Shown one piece after another: positions 38,029 to 46,071 of a stretch of DNA of 64,000 bases (position 1 is its first letter; each line of letters opens with the position of its first letter). The notes below the pieces were generated by a model. It searched no databases. It was given only the letters and a program-made list of their open reading frames with translations, and was not told where the DNA came from. The stretch lies in assembly GCA_902779035.1 (NCBI GenBank), contig CACZAH010000003.1, positions 619 through 64,618 of the forward strand. Direction: 5' to 3'. The translations under genes were made by a program, and so were the position numbers. The stretch comes from an uncultured Erysipelotrichaceae bacterium (lineage in GTDB: Bacteria; Bacillota_I; Bacilli_A; RF39; UBA660).

Positions 38029-38307
38029 ATGGCAGTTAAATTAAGATTAAAAAGAATGTGAGCTAAAAAGAAACCTTTCTATCGTATTGTTGCAGCTGAT
38101 TCTAGATCTCCTAGAGATGGTAGATTTATTGAAGAGGTAGGATATTATGATCCAACTAAGATGCCTGCTGTTGTTAAGGTTGATGAAGAAAAGGTTATGA
38201 AATGGTTATCTACAGGAGCTATTCCTACTGATACTGTAAGAAGTATTTTTAGTAAAGAAGGAATTATGAAGAAATTCCATGAAAGTAAAATGAAGAAAGA
38301 GGCATAA
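38029..38307 (+). pseudogene. rpsP: 30S ribosomal protein S16 gene interrupted by an in-frame TGA at codon 11
   Basis: [43 protein letters not shown]... is full-length S16 similarity over 92 codons. TGA at 38059..38061 replaces the invariant Gly of RMGAKK. SD GGAGGTG. Confidence 0.85.
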
Positions 38308-38309
38308 TT

Positions 38310-38552
38310 ATGCAGTTAGTTGAACTTACAGAATATTTAGTAAAAAGTTTAGTATCTAATAAAGATGCTGTTGAAGTAAATGTTGCAGAAGAAAATGATA
38401 TGAAAATTGTACAAGTATTAGTTGATGAGGCTGATATTGGTAGTGTTATTGGGAAACGTGGTAATATTGCAAATGCTATTCGTACAATTATTCAAGCAAG
38501 TAGCTATCATAATAAAGATAGTAAAGTTAGAATTAATTTTGATGCAAAGTAA
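38310..38552 (+). CDS. KH domain RNA-binding protein (YlqC/UPF0109)
   Basis: 80 aa with VIGKRGNIANAIRTI (GxxG KH motif). Conserved position after rpsP. Confidence 0.8.
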   Translation: MQLVELTEYLVKSLVSNKDAVEVNVAEENDMKIVQVLVDEADIGSVIGKRGNIANAIRTIIQASSYHNKDSKVRINFDAK

Positions 38553-38608
38553 AAAGGAGAATTTCTTTTTGTATGTATTTGTGCTGGTAAATTGGGTAAA
38601 AACTCGAT

Positions 38609-38637
38609 TTGCTTTTTTTTTCGAAGTATGTTAGAAT
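38609..38637 (+). promoter_or_regulatory. predicted promoter of the orphan three-gene operon
   Basis: TTGCTT-17 nt-TAGAAT with an extended -10 TG. Confidence 0.45.
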
Positions 38638-38687
38638 GTTTAATCGTGTGTGCAAAAAAATTATTAAATAAGAAAGGGATGAGTTTT

Positions 38688-38939
38688 ATGAGTTTTGTAG
38701 ATGTATGTTTTAAATCAAATGTTTCAGGAACTATGGATACTTATAATTGTGAAACAACTCTTTATGGAATAAGTGACACATATGAAGAAGAATTAATTGT
38801 AACTTTTGTATATAATGATAATGGATTAGTTAATGAGGAATATAATACTTCATTAACTCAAAATGAATTAAGTGAGATAAATAATATTCTTGTAAGTAAG
38901 TATAATGATTATTGTTTATCGAAGGTAAAGGTGAGATAA
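38688..38939 (+). CDS. hypothetical small protein 1 of orphan operon (83 aa)
   Basis: Open frame with an AAAGGG SD-like element 9 nt upstream of the ATG at 38688. The N-terminal part of track ORF 38592 crosses the promoter and is rejected. No family recognised. Confidence 0.45.
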   Translation: MSFVDVCFKSNVSGTMDTYNCETTLYGISDTYEEELIVTFVYNDNGLVNEEYNTSLTQNELSEINNILVSKYNDYCLSKVKVR

Positions 38940-38942
38940 ATA

Positions 38943-39272
38943 GTGAAAATTGATAAATTTGATTTTGAAACTAAGAGAAAGTTAATGATAAGTATTAATA
39001 ATTCTATAATAGATGAATCAATGGATGCGAAGAATGTTCATAAATTTGATATTATCTTTAGTAAGATATCATATGAAGAATTTGAATTAGATGCTTACTT
39101 GTATCATTTATGGAGTGATATTAAACGTTTTATAATTGATTATTATCAAAAAAACAAGGATTTAGTTAATAGATTTCTTTTATATATTAATAATCAATTA
39201 AATATGTTTGATAGGGATTATGAAACTGGTAGTATAGCTGTTAAAAAAAAGGATGGTAGTTATGGAAAATAA
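38943..39272 (+). CDS. hypothetical small protein 2 of orphan operon (109 aa)
   Basis: GTG start 3 nt after the upstream stop, with SD AAGGTGAG. No family recognised. Confidence 0.45.
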   Translation: MKIDKFDFETKRKLMISINNSIIDESMDAKNVHKFDIIFSKISYEEFELDAYLYHLWSDIKRFIIDYYQKNKDLVNRFLLYINNQLNMFDRDYETGSIAVKKKDGSYGK

Positions 39273-39693
39273 TAATATAATTGATATTAAAAAAATTGTA
39301 GGGGATACATATAATGCAGGAATATATGCATTAACAAATAGAAATGCGATTAGATTAATTAATAGAAATAATGAAGTAATTAATAATTTAAAAGTTGAAG
39401 ATAAAATAAAAATATTTAATATATTTTTAGATAAAATGATTAATCATGGGATTGATAAAGAATTACTTAATATAAGATTATTGTTTGATAATATTTTGGA
39501 TTTAGAAAACAGTAATCTTGAAAATAGTATTAATGAATTATTTAAAAAAGTATTATTTCTTTACTCAAAACCTCATATTGATATTAAAGAAATATTATCT
39601 ATCTCTGATTTAGTATCTAACAGACTAAATAGCGTGTCTTGTAATAATGAATTTGTTAAACAAGAATTAAAAAATCGTCTAAGCTACATATAA
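39262..39693 (+). CDS. hypothetical small protein 3 of orphan operon (143 aa, predicted helical)
   Basis: ATG preceded by AAGGATGG. Overlaps the upstream gene by 11 nt. No family recognised. Confidence 0.45.
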   Translation: MENNNIIDIKKIVGDTYNAGIYALTNRNAIRLINRNNEVINNLKVEDKIKIFNIFLDKMINHGIDKELLNIRLLFDNILDLENSNLENSINELFKKVLFLYSKPHIDIKEILSISDLVSNRLNSVSCNNEFVKQELKNRLSYI

Positions 39694-39787
39694 AAAAAGT
39701 AAGAAACAAATAGTTAGTGTCTTGCTTTTTTTCTTTTTAAAATGATATAATTACTTATAGATTTACATGTAGTTAGGGTGGTTTATA

Positions 39788-42316
39788 ATGAATTCAAAAA
39801 CTGTAGATAGAACAAAAATTACGCCAATGATGAGGCAATATTTATCAATTAAAGATGAGAATCCTGGAGTAATTATATTATTTCGTTTAGGAGATTTTTA
39901 TGAGGCTTTTTTTGAAGATGCTAACCTTTTATCTCGTGAACTTGAGTTAACTTTAACAGGAAGGTCAGCAGGACTTGAAGAGAGAGTTCCTATGTGTGGG
40001 GTACCTCATCATGCAGTAAATGTTTATATAGAAAAATTAGTAGAAAAAGGATATCGTATAGGCATATGTGAACAGTTAGAAGATCCAAAAGAAGCAACTG
40101 GTATAGTAGAACGTGGTTTAACTCAGATTATTAGTAAAGGTACTGTAATAGATTCGGAATCACTAGATGAATCTGAGTTTAACTATATTGGTAATATAAT
40201 GGATTTTAATGATACTTATATTGTTTGCTATACAGATATTACGACGGGTGTTATATATGTAACAAGTATTAATCATAATAGCGTAAACTTAGTTAGTGAG
40301 ATAGTATCGATTGGATTAAAAGAAGTAGTAGTAAGTGATACATTCGATAAAAATATAGTAAGTACATTAAAAAATCAATTTAAAATATCTATAACTTATA
40401 GTAATGAAATATTAGATAATGATGATTATAAATATATATATGAAAGTATTACTGATTATAGATATATTAATACTATTAAACATTTACTTACTTATGTTAC
40501 TAAAAGTAAGATGATGAGTTTATCTCACTTACAAAAAGCAATTATTAAAGAGAATAATAAGTATTTAAAGATGGATATTCATACTAAAAGGAATCTAGAA
40601 TTAACAGAGACACTTCGTTTAAAACAAAGACAATATTCATTACTTTGGTTACTTGATAAAACTAAAACCGCAATGGGTAGCAGACTACTTAAAACTTATA
40701 TAGAAAATCCACTAATAGATATTGATGAAATTAATAAAAGATATGATATAGTAGAAAAATTAGAAGAAGAGTTTATTCTTGCAGAAGATTTAAAAGGACT
40801 ACTATATAATGTATATGATTTAGAAAGATTAAGTGGTAGAATTGCTTTTAATAATGCAAATGGTAGAGACTTATTACAACTTAAAACATCACTTAGTGTT
40901 TTACCTGATATTAAAAATATATTAGATGCCATAGGTTTTAAAACTATTGATGCATTATCTGCTTTATATAAATTAATAGATGATTCTATCTATGAAAATC
41001 CTCCAGTTGGAGTACATGAAGGATATTTAATTAAAGAAGGATATAATAGCGAACTAGATGAACTTAAGAATCTTCGTACTAATGGTAAAGATTTTATTGC
41101 TAGATTTGAAGCAGAAGAAAGAGAAAAGACAGGTATTAAAACCTTAAAAGTAGGATATAATCGTGTATTTGGATATTATATTGAAGTATCTAAAGGTATG
41201 AAAGATTTAGTAAAAGATGAGTATGGTTATGAAAGGAAACAAACATTAAGTAACTGTGAAAGATATATTTCCCCTGTACTTAAAGAAAAAGAAGCAATTA
41301 TACTAAATGCTGAGGAGAAGATTATTGAACTAGAATATGAATTATTCTGTAATATTAAAAATGAAATAAAGAAGTATATACCCAAATTACAAGAAGTAGC
41401 TAAAACAATAAGTGAGATTGATGTATTATTATCATTTGCATTTGTTTCACAAGAGAATAACTATATAAGACCAACTCTTACTAATAAACATGTTATTAAT
41501 ATTAAAGATAACAGACACTCTGTAGTTGAAAAAGTATTAGATAGTGAGTATGTACCTAATGATATTATAATGAATGAAGATATTAACATATTACTTATTA
41601 CTGGACCCAATATGGCAGGTAAATCGACATATATGAGAGAACTTGCAATAACAGTAATAATGGCCCAAATAGGTTGTTTTGTTCCTGCTAGTGAAGCTAC
41701 TATGATGGTATTTGATTCTATATATACTAGAATTGGGGCTTCCGATGATTTAGTATCAGGTAAGTCTACATTTATGGTAGAAATGAATGAAGCAAATAAT
41801 GCAGTACAAAACGCAACTAGTAATTCTTTAGTATTATTTGATGAATTAGGTCGTGGTACTGCTACTTACGATGGTATAGCTCTTGCTCAAGCAATTATCG
41901 AGTATATTCATGATAATATAAATTGTAAGATGCTTTTTTCAACGCATTACCATGAATTAACAACACTAGATAAGAAACTTAAATATTTAAAGAATGTTCA
42001 TGTAAGCGCTTATGAAGAAGATGGTAAGATTACCTTCTTACATAAAATAAAAGATGGTAGTGTAGATAAGAGTTATGGTATACATGTAGCTCGTCTTGCA
42101 GAATTACCTAATAAACTAATTAAAAGAGCAGATGAAATACTTAAACACTACGAAACTAATACTAATAAAAAAGATAAAAAAGAAATAGTACAAGAATCAT
42201 TAGTGTTTGATACAGAACCTAGTGTAGTTGAAGAAGAAATAAAAAAATTAGATTTAGCTAATATTACTCCAATAGAAGCATTAAATATATTATATAAATT
42301 AAAAGAAAAGCTTTAA
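39788..42316 (+). CDS. mutS: DNA mismatch repair protein MutS
   Basis: MutS-I start (TPMMRQYLSIK..FYE.F), Walker A GPNMAGKST, DELGRGT, HTH-like C-terminus. Confidence 0.9.
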   Translation: MNSKTVDRTKITPMMRQYLSIKDENPGVIILFRLGDFYEAFFEDANLLSRELELTLTGRSAGLEERVPMCGVPHHAVNVYIEKLVEKGYRIGICEQLEDPKEATGIVERGLTQIISKGTVIDSESLDESEFNYIGNIMDFNDTYIVCYTDITTGVIYVTSINHNSVNLVSEIVSIGLKEVVVSDTFDKNIVSTLKNQFKISITYSNEILDNDDYKYIYESITDYRYINTIKHLLTYVTKSKMMSLSHLQKAIIKENNKYLKMDIHTKRNLELTETLRLKQRQYSLLWLLDKTKTAMGSRLLKTYIENPLIDIDEINKRYDIVEKLEEEFILAEDLKGLLYNVYDLERLSGRIAFNNANGRDLLQLKTSLSVLPDIKNILDAIGFKTIDALSALYKLIDDSIYENPPVGVHEGYLIKEGYNSELDELKNLRTNGKDFIARFEAEEREKTGIKTLKVGYNRVFGYYIEVSKGMKDLVKDEYGYERKQTLSNCERYISPVLKEKEAIILNAEEKIIELEYELFCNIKNEIKKYIPKLQEVAKTISEIDVLLSFAFVSQENNYIRPTLTNKHVINIKDNRHSVVEKVLDSEYVPNDIIMNEDINILLITGPNMAGKSTYMRELAITVIMAQIGCFVPASEATMMVFDSIYTRIGASDDLVSGKSTFMVEMNEANNAVQNATSNSLVLFDELGRGTATYDGIALAQAIIEYIHDNINCKMLFSTHYHELTTLDKKLKYLKNVHVSAYEEDGKITFLHKIKDGSVDKSYGIHVARLAELPNKLIKRADEILKHYETNTNKKDKKEIVQESLVFDTEPSVVEEEIKKLDLANITPIEALNILYKLKEKL

Positions 42317-42387
42317 AAAACAAGTAAAATATGATATTATGTTTATAAGGTAGATTTTCTTATGAAGAAAAAGAAAGAAGGAATAAA

Positions 42388-43287
42388 ATGAAGAAAGGGT
42401 TTACACTACTTGAAATGCTTGCGGTAATAGTTATTATTAGTATACTTGTCTTAGTAATTCTTCCTGTAGTTACTAAAAATACTAAGGATAGTAAGGAAAA
42501 TGTATATAATAGTTTAATTAATAAAATAATTTCTGCATCTAGTGATTGGATGATAGAAAACTCTGATTTACTTCCGGAAGAAGGAGAGAGTATTAGTATT
42601 ACTTTAGGAATGTTACAATCAGGTGGATATATTAGTACTGATTTAAAAAATCCTAAGACTGATAATTTATTTCCAGCTGATATGGTTATAAATATTAATT
42701 ATGTAAAAAGCAATAAAGATAATCCTAAACTAAGTTATGGAAAATATAATGGTGATTATTCTATTGTAGTAGATACTAATAGTGGTACTGAGATTAAGGA
42801 TATAGATGATGAATACAGTGTAGTTGAGTTAAATGCAAGTGATACTGATGTTGATAATGTTGTCTATAAAGATAAAGATAATAATGATATTACATTAAAA
42901 GAATATAGTATTCAATATGTAAATAATGGTATTAATGTAGAGAAAGTAGATTCTTCTAAAGTAGGTATATATTATGTATATTATACTAAATTAGATGGTA
43001 ATAAGAAGTTTACTAGAGTATTTAATGTGTCAGATACTAGTTTACCAGAGATTGTATTTCCATCTGATGATACTGTAAGCATTAGTGTATCTACATTTGA
43101 TTTATATAATAATGTAGAATGTAATGATAATAGTAATATATGTAATTTAAAAATTACTGAAGGAGAGAATGAGTTTTATTCCGCTTTAAGTAATAAAACA
43201 AAAGGAAATTATGTTGTTAAATATGAAGCAAGTGATGCCTATGGTAATAAAACAACTAAAAATAGAGTAATAGAAATTACTGAGTAA
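42388..43287 (+). CDS. type IV pilin-like protein with C-terminal Ig-like domain
   Basis: MKKG/FTLLEMLAVIVIISILV prepilin cleavage/methylation motif (Gly-1, Phe+1, Glu+5). The C-terminal 90 aa look like a bacterial Ig-like/DUF5011-type module (GNYVVKYEASDAYGN). Confidence 0.7.
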   Translation: MKKGFTLLEMLAVIVIISILVLVILPVVTKNTKDSKENVYNSLINKIISASSDWMIENSDLLPEEGESISITLGMLQSGGYISTDLKNPKTDNLFPADMVININYVKSNKDNPKLSYGKYNGDYSIVVDTNSGTEIKDIDDEYSVVELNASDTDVDNVVYKDKDNNDITLKEYSIQYVNNGINVEKVDSSKVGIYYVYYTKLDGNKKFTRVFNVSDTSLPEIVFPSDDTVSISVSTFDLYNNVECNDNSNICNLKITEGENEFYSALSNKTKGNYVVKYEASDAYGNKTTKNRVIEITE

Positions 43288-43295
43288 TAAAAAAT

Positions 43296-43320
43296 GGAAG
43301 ACTTAAGGTCTTCCCGTTTT
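43296..43320 (+). terminator. intrinsic terminator after the pilin gene
   Basis: 7-bp stem GGAAGAC/GTCTTCC, 5-nt loop, CGTTTT tail. Confidence 0.6.
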
Positions 43321-43361
43321 AATGATATCATTCAATTTTAAAGAAAAGTTTATAAAAAGGC

Positions 43362-43390
43362 TTGACGAAGGCTTAAAAATAGTTTATAAT
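43362..43390 (+). promoter_or_regulatory. promoter of tRNA-Gly
   Basis: TTGACG-17 nt-TATAAT, about 30 nt upstream of the tRNA. Confidence 0.55.
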
Positions 43391-43419
43391 TTTACTTGTC
43401 AGCAGAAATTATAATTTTT

Positions 43420-43493
43420 GCGGGTGTAGTTCAATGGTAGAACTCCAGCCTTCCAAGCTGATAACGTGGGTCCGATTCCCATCACCCGCTCCA
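43420..43493 (+). tRNA. tRNA-Gly (anticodon UCC), CCA encoded
   Basis: Cloverleaf: acceptor GCGGGTG/CACCCGC, D arm GTTC..GAAC, anticodon loop CTTCCAA, T arm GTGGG-TCCGATT-CCCAT. 74 nt. Confidence 0.85.
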
Positions 43494-43504
43494 TAAGGAA
43501 ATAC

Positions 43505-43527
43505 GCTCGAACTTTTCGAGCTTTTTT
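43505..43527 (+). terminator. intrinsic terminator after tRNA-Gly
   Basis: 7-bp stem GCTCGAA/TTCGAGC, 3-nt loop, T6. Confidence 0.7.
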
Positions 43528-43562
43528 AATACAACTAACTCATTTGGGTTGGTTTTTTGTGT

Positions 43563-43597
43563 ATCGAACTTCCACGTTATCAGCTTGGTAGTCAAGC
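43563..43597 (-). repeat. inverted partial copy of the tRNA-Gly 3' half
   Basis: 43572..43588 is the exact reverse complement of tRNA positions 43453..43469 (CCAAGCTGATAACGTGG). Flanking bases continue as a degenerate T-arm with canonical GTTCGAT, then similarity ends. Confidence 0.75.
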
Positions 43598-43603
43598 TAT
43601 TAT

Positions 43604-44206
43604 TTATTTAATTTTTAAATCTTTTTTGGTAAGATTATTAATCTTGCCTTTTTTAGTCCAAGAATGGTTAGCAAACATACAGTATATTCTATTAGTTAGT
43701 AAATCCATAGTAGTAATTATATCATTGCATTCTTTGTTATCTTTAATACATCTACCAAACTTCTTTAGTTTATTAATTGCAATACTTGTAATATAACTAT
43801 ATTCTTCTTTACCAACTATTTCTCCTGCACCTACTAATATAGATCCACTATACTTTATGTTTACTTTAGTGGCCCAATTCTTAATTATATTTAAGGCAGT
43901 TATATTGTGTATTCCTTCTCTAAAACCACAGTTAATAATTACATATAAACTCTTATTAGATAAATCTATATTATTATCATATATGTAATTAAGTAATTTT
44001 AAGGTAAGAGAATTGGGACTATCTACATAAAGAGGAAAAGCAAGAACTATAGTATCAGTATTTATAATACTATCTATTATGTTATCAAAAAAATCATATT
44101 TTAAATCATAAATAGTATAATCATCTAAATACTTACTAATATAATCAAGAAAATATCTAGAGTTACTTTTATGATTTTTTTGTGAACCATTAATCAGTAT
44201 ATACAT
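43604..44206 (-). CDS. flavodoxin-like fold NAD(P)H-dependent FMN reductase family protein
   Basis: MYILINGSQKNHKSNSRYFL resembles the GS.R...S.T FMN loop. IVLAFPLY motif. Confidence 0.5.
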   Translation of the reverse strand: MYILINGSQKNHKSNSRYFLDYISKYLDDYTIYDLKYDFFDNIIDSIINTDTIVLAFPLYVDSPNSLTLKLLNYIYDNNIDLSNKSLYVIINCGFREGIHNITALNIIKNWATKVNIKYSGSILVGAGEIVGKEEYSYITSIAINKLKKFGRCIKDNKECNDIITTMDLLTNRIYCMFANHSWTKKGKINNLTKKDLKIK

Positions 44207-44684
44207 TATTAATCACCTTACCCTCTAATATCTTAACCTCATAACTGCTTGCATTTAGATTAATACTGTTAGCTTTAACTAAGCTATCTAAACATTCTAA
44301 ATCTTGATTAGTTATATCACCGTAAAAATAGGTAATAAGGTTTATTTTCTTATCATATCTACTAGCATGATGAATATGTTTATCTCGTATAGTAAAGTAG
44401 GGTAGTACGTAACCAATACACCTTTCTAGCACTCTTTTTACACTTTCGCTGTAGCACCCAAACCTATTCTTACTAATAATTATTAATTCATCTGAATTTT
44501 TAAGTGAATCAGTAATATTAGAGTATTCATCTTTATATATACATACTTTAGGATGTTTAATCCAACATGAGAAACATCCAATACAACTATTACTACACCC
44601 ATTCGCATTAATTATTACATCATTATCACTAATATTAAATAATTCCTTGTCTAAATGTTCTAAATCATGTATTATTGTTTTCAT
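44190..44684 (-). CDS. flavodoxin-like/iron-sulfur flavoprotein-related protein with Cys cluster
   Basis: CSNSCIGCFSCWIKHPKVC (C-x3-C-x2-C-x2-C-x7-C) followed by D..IIISKNRFGCYS, reminiscent of Isf-type proteins. Lacks the N-terminal FMN loop. Overlaps the downstream gene by 17 nt. Confidence 0.4.
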   Translation of the reverse strand: MKTIIHDLEHLDKELFNISDNDVIINANGCSNSCIGCFSCWIKHPKVCIYKDEYSNITDSLKNSDELIIISKNRFGCYSESVKRVLERCIGYVLPYFTIRDKHIHHASRYDKKINLITYFYGDITNQDLECLDSLVKANSINLNASSYEVKILEGKVINNVYTD

Positions 44685-44765
44685 ACTTAAATATATGGTG
44701 ATAATCTAAATTTATACTAGTATTTTTTATGTTTAAATAGTATAATTTTATTAGGAAGTGATTTT

Positions 44766-45182
44766 GTGGTTTGGATATGGTTAGGTATAGTAATATTTTT
44801 AATATTTATTGAAGTTATTACAGTAGGTCTTACAACAGTATGGTTTGTAATAAGTGGATTTGTATCACTAATATTATCCTTATTTATTGATAGTATTGAA
44901 ATTGAATTTAGTGTCTTTGTACTATTAGGTGTATTACTCTTAATAACTACTAGACCTTATTTAGTTAAAAAGTTACATGTTAAAGAGTCTAAAACTAATT
45001 TAGATAGAGTAATAGGTATGAGGGGTATAGTTACAGAAGATATTAGTAATCTTGCACCAGGTGAGGTTAAAGTAGATGGTAAAAGATGGACGGCTATTTC
45101 TGATGGAGATATAAAAGTAGGTAGTAAGGTAGAAGTATTAAGTATTATAGGTGTAAAAATAAAAGTAAAGGAGATTGATTAA
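44766..45182 (+). CDS. NfeD family membrane protein
   Basis: Three N-terminal TM helices plus a C-terminal OB-like domain (GEVKVDGKRWTA...G..V.V). Upstream of an SPFH gene. Confidence 0.75.
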   Translation: MVWIWLGIVIFLIFIEVITVGLTTVWFVISGFVSLILSLFIDSIEIEFSVFVLLGVLLLITTRPYLVKKLHVKESKTNLDRVIGMRGIVTEDISNLAPGEVKVDGKRWTAISDGDIKVGSKVEVLSIIGVKIKVKEID

Positions 45183-45183
45183 T

Positions 45184-46071
45184 ATGATGTTATTATTTAT
45201 AATTTTAATTATTGTTGTAGTAGTAGTTATTCCAAATATTAGAGTAGTACCACAAGCAAAAGCTTATGTAATAGAAAGATTAGGTTCTTATTATACAACT
45301 TGGCAAAACGGGTTACATGTTAAACTTCCATTTATTGATAGAGTATCTAGACAGGTTACTCTAAAAGAAATAGTAAAAGACTTTGATCCACAACCAGTTA
45401 TTACCAAAGATAATGTAACTATGCAAATAGATACAGTTGTTTATTTTCAGATTACAGATCCCAAGTTATATACATATGGAGTAGATCAACCAATATCAGC
45501 TATTGAAAACTTAACCGCAACTACACTTCGTAATATTATAGGAGAGTTAGAATTAGATCAAACTTTAACTAGTCGTGATATTATTAACTCTAAAATGCGT
45601 TCTATTCTTGATGAAGCAACTGATTCTTGGGGAATTAAAGTAAATAGAGTAGAACTTAAAAACATATTTCCACCAAGAGAAATCCAAGAAGCTATGGAAA
45701 AACAAATGCGTGCAGAACGTGAAAGAAGAGAATCTATCTTAAAAGCAGAAGGTGAAAAAAGAAGTAGTATTTTAATTGCAGAAGGTGAAAAAGAAAGTGC
45801 GATATTAAGAGCCGAGGCTGAAAAACAATCACAGATTAAAAAGGCTGAAGGTGAGGCTGAAGCAATTCTTAAAATTAAACAAGCAGAAGCTGCTGGTATA
45901 GAATTAATTAAAAAAGCAGGAGCAGATGAGAAAGTAATTGCTTTAAAAAGTTTAGAAGCATTATCTACACTTGCAGAAGGTAATTCTACTAAGATAATTG
46001 TTCCATCAGACCTATCTAATATTGCAACACTAGGTACTACTGTTAAAGAAATGTTAAAAAACGATAAATAA
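45184..46071 (+). CDS. SPFH/band-7 (stomatin-like) protein
   Basis: N-terminal TM, SPFH core (VPQAKAYVIERLG...ITKDNV), A/E-rich coiled C-terminus. Confidence 0.85.
   Translation: MMLLFIILIIVVVVVIPNIRVVPQAKAYVIERLGSYYTTWQNGLHVKLPFIDRVSRQVTLKEIVKDFDPQPVITKDNVTMQIDTVVYFQITDPKLYTYGVDQPISAIENLTATTLRNIIGELELDQTLTSRDIINSKMRSILDEATDSWGIKVNRVELKNIFPPREIQEAMEKQMRAERERRESILKAEGEKRSSILIAEGEKESAILRAEAEKQSQIKKAEGEAEAILKIKQAEAAGIELIKKAGADEKVIALKSLEALSTLAEGNSTKIIVPSDLSNIATLGTTVKEMLKNDK

Noticed and set aside
38059-38061. Genome-wide reassignment of TGA (code 4 Trp or code 25 Gly), suggested by the TGA at a Gly position in rpsP
   Set aside because: TGA terminates ftsY (6670..6672), the GT2 gene (16157..16159) and the rhomboid gene (37570..37572) at expected C-termini. 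Long conserved genes (rpoB, rpoC, mutS, topA, clpC) contain no internal TGA. The only tRNA-Gly seen has anticodon UCC, not UCA.
38422-38634. Plus-strand 70-aa ORF overlapping the KH-protein gene out of frame
   Set aside because: It overlaps a conserved gene, has an implausible hydrophobic composition and no SD, and runs through the predicted promoter of the next operon.
43557-43796. Plus-strand 79-aa ORF opposite the FMN-reductase-like gene
   Set aside because: It starts inside the inverted tRNA fragment, has no SD, and is antisense to a better-supported gene.
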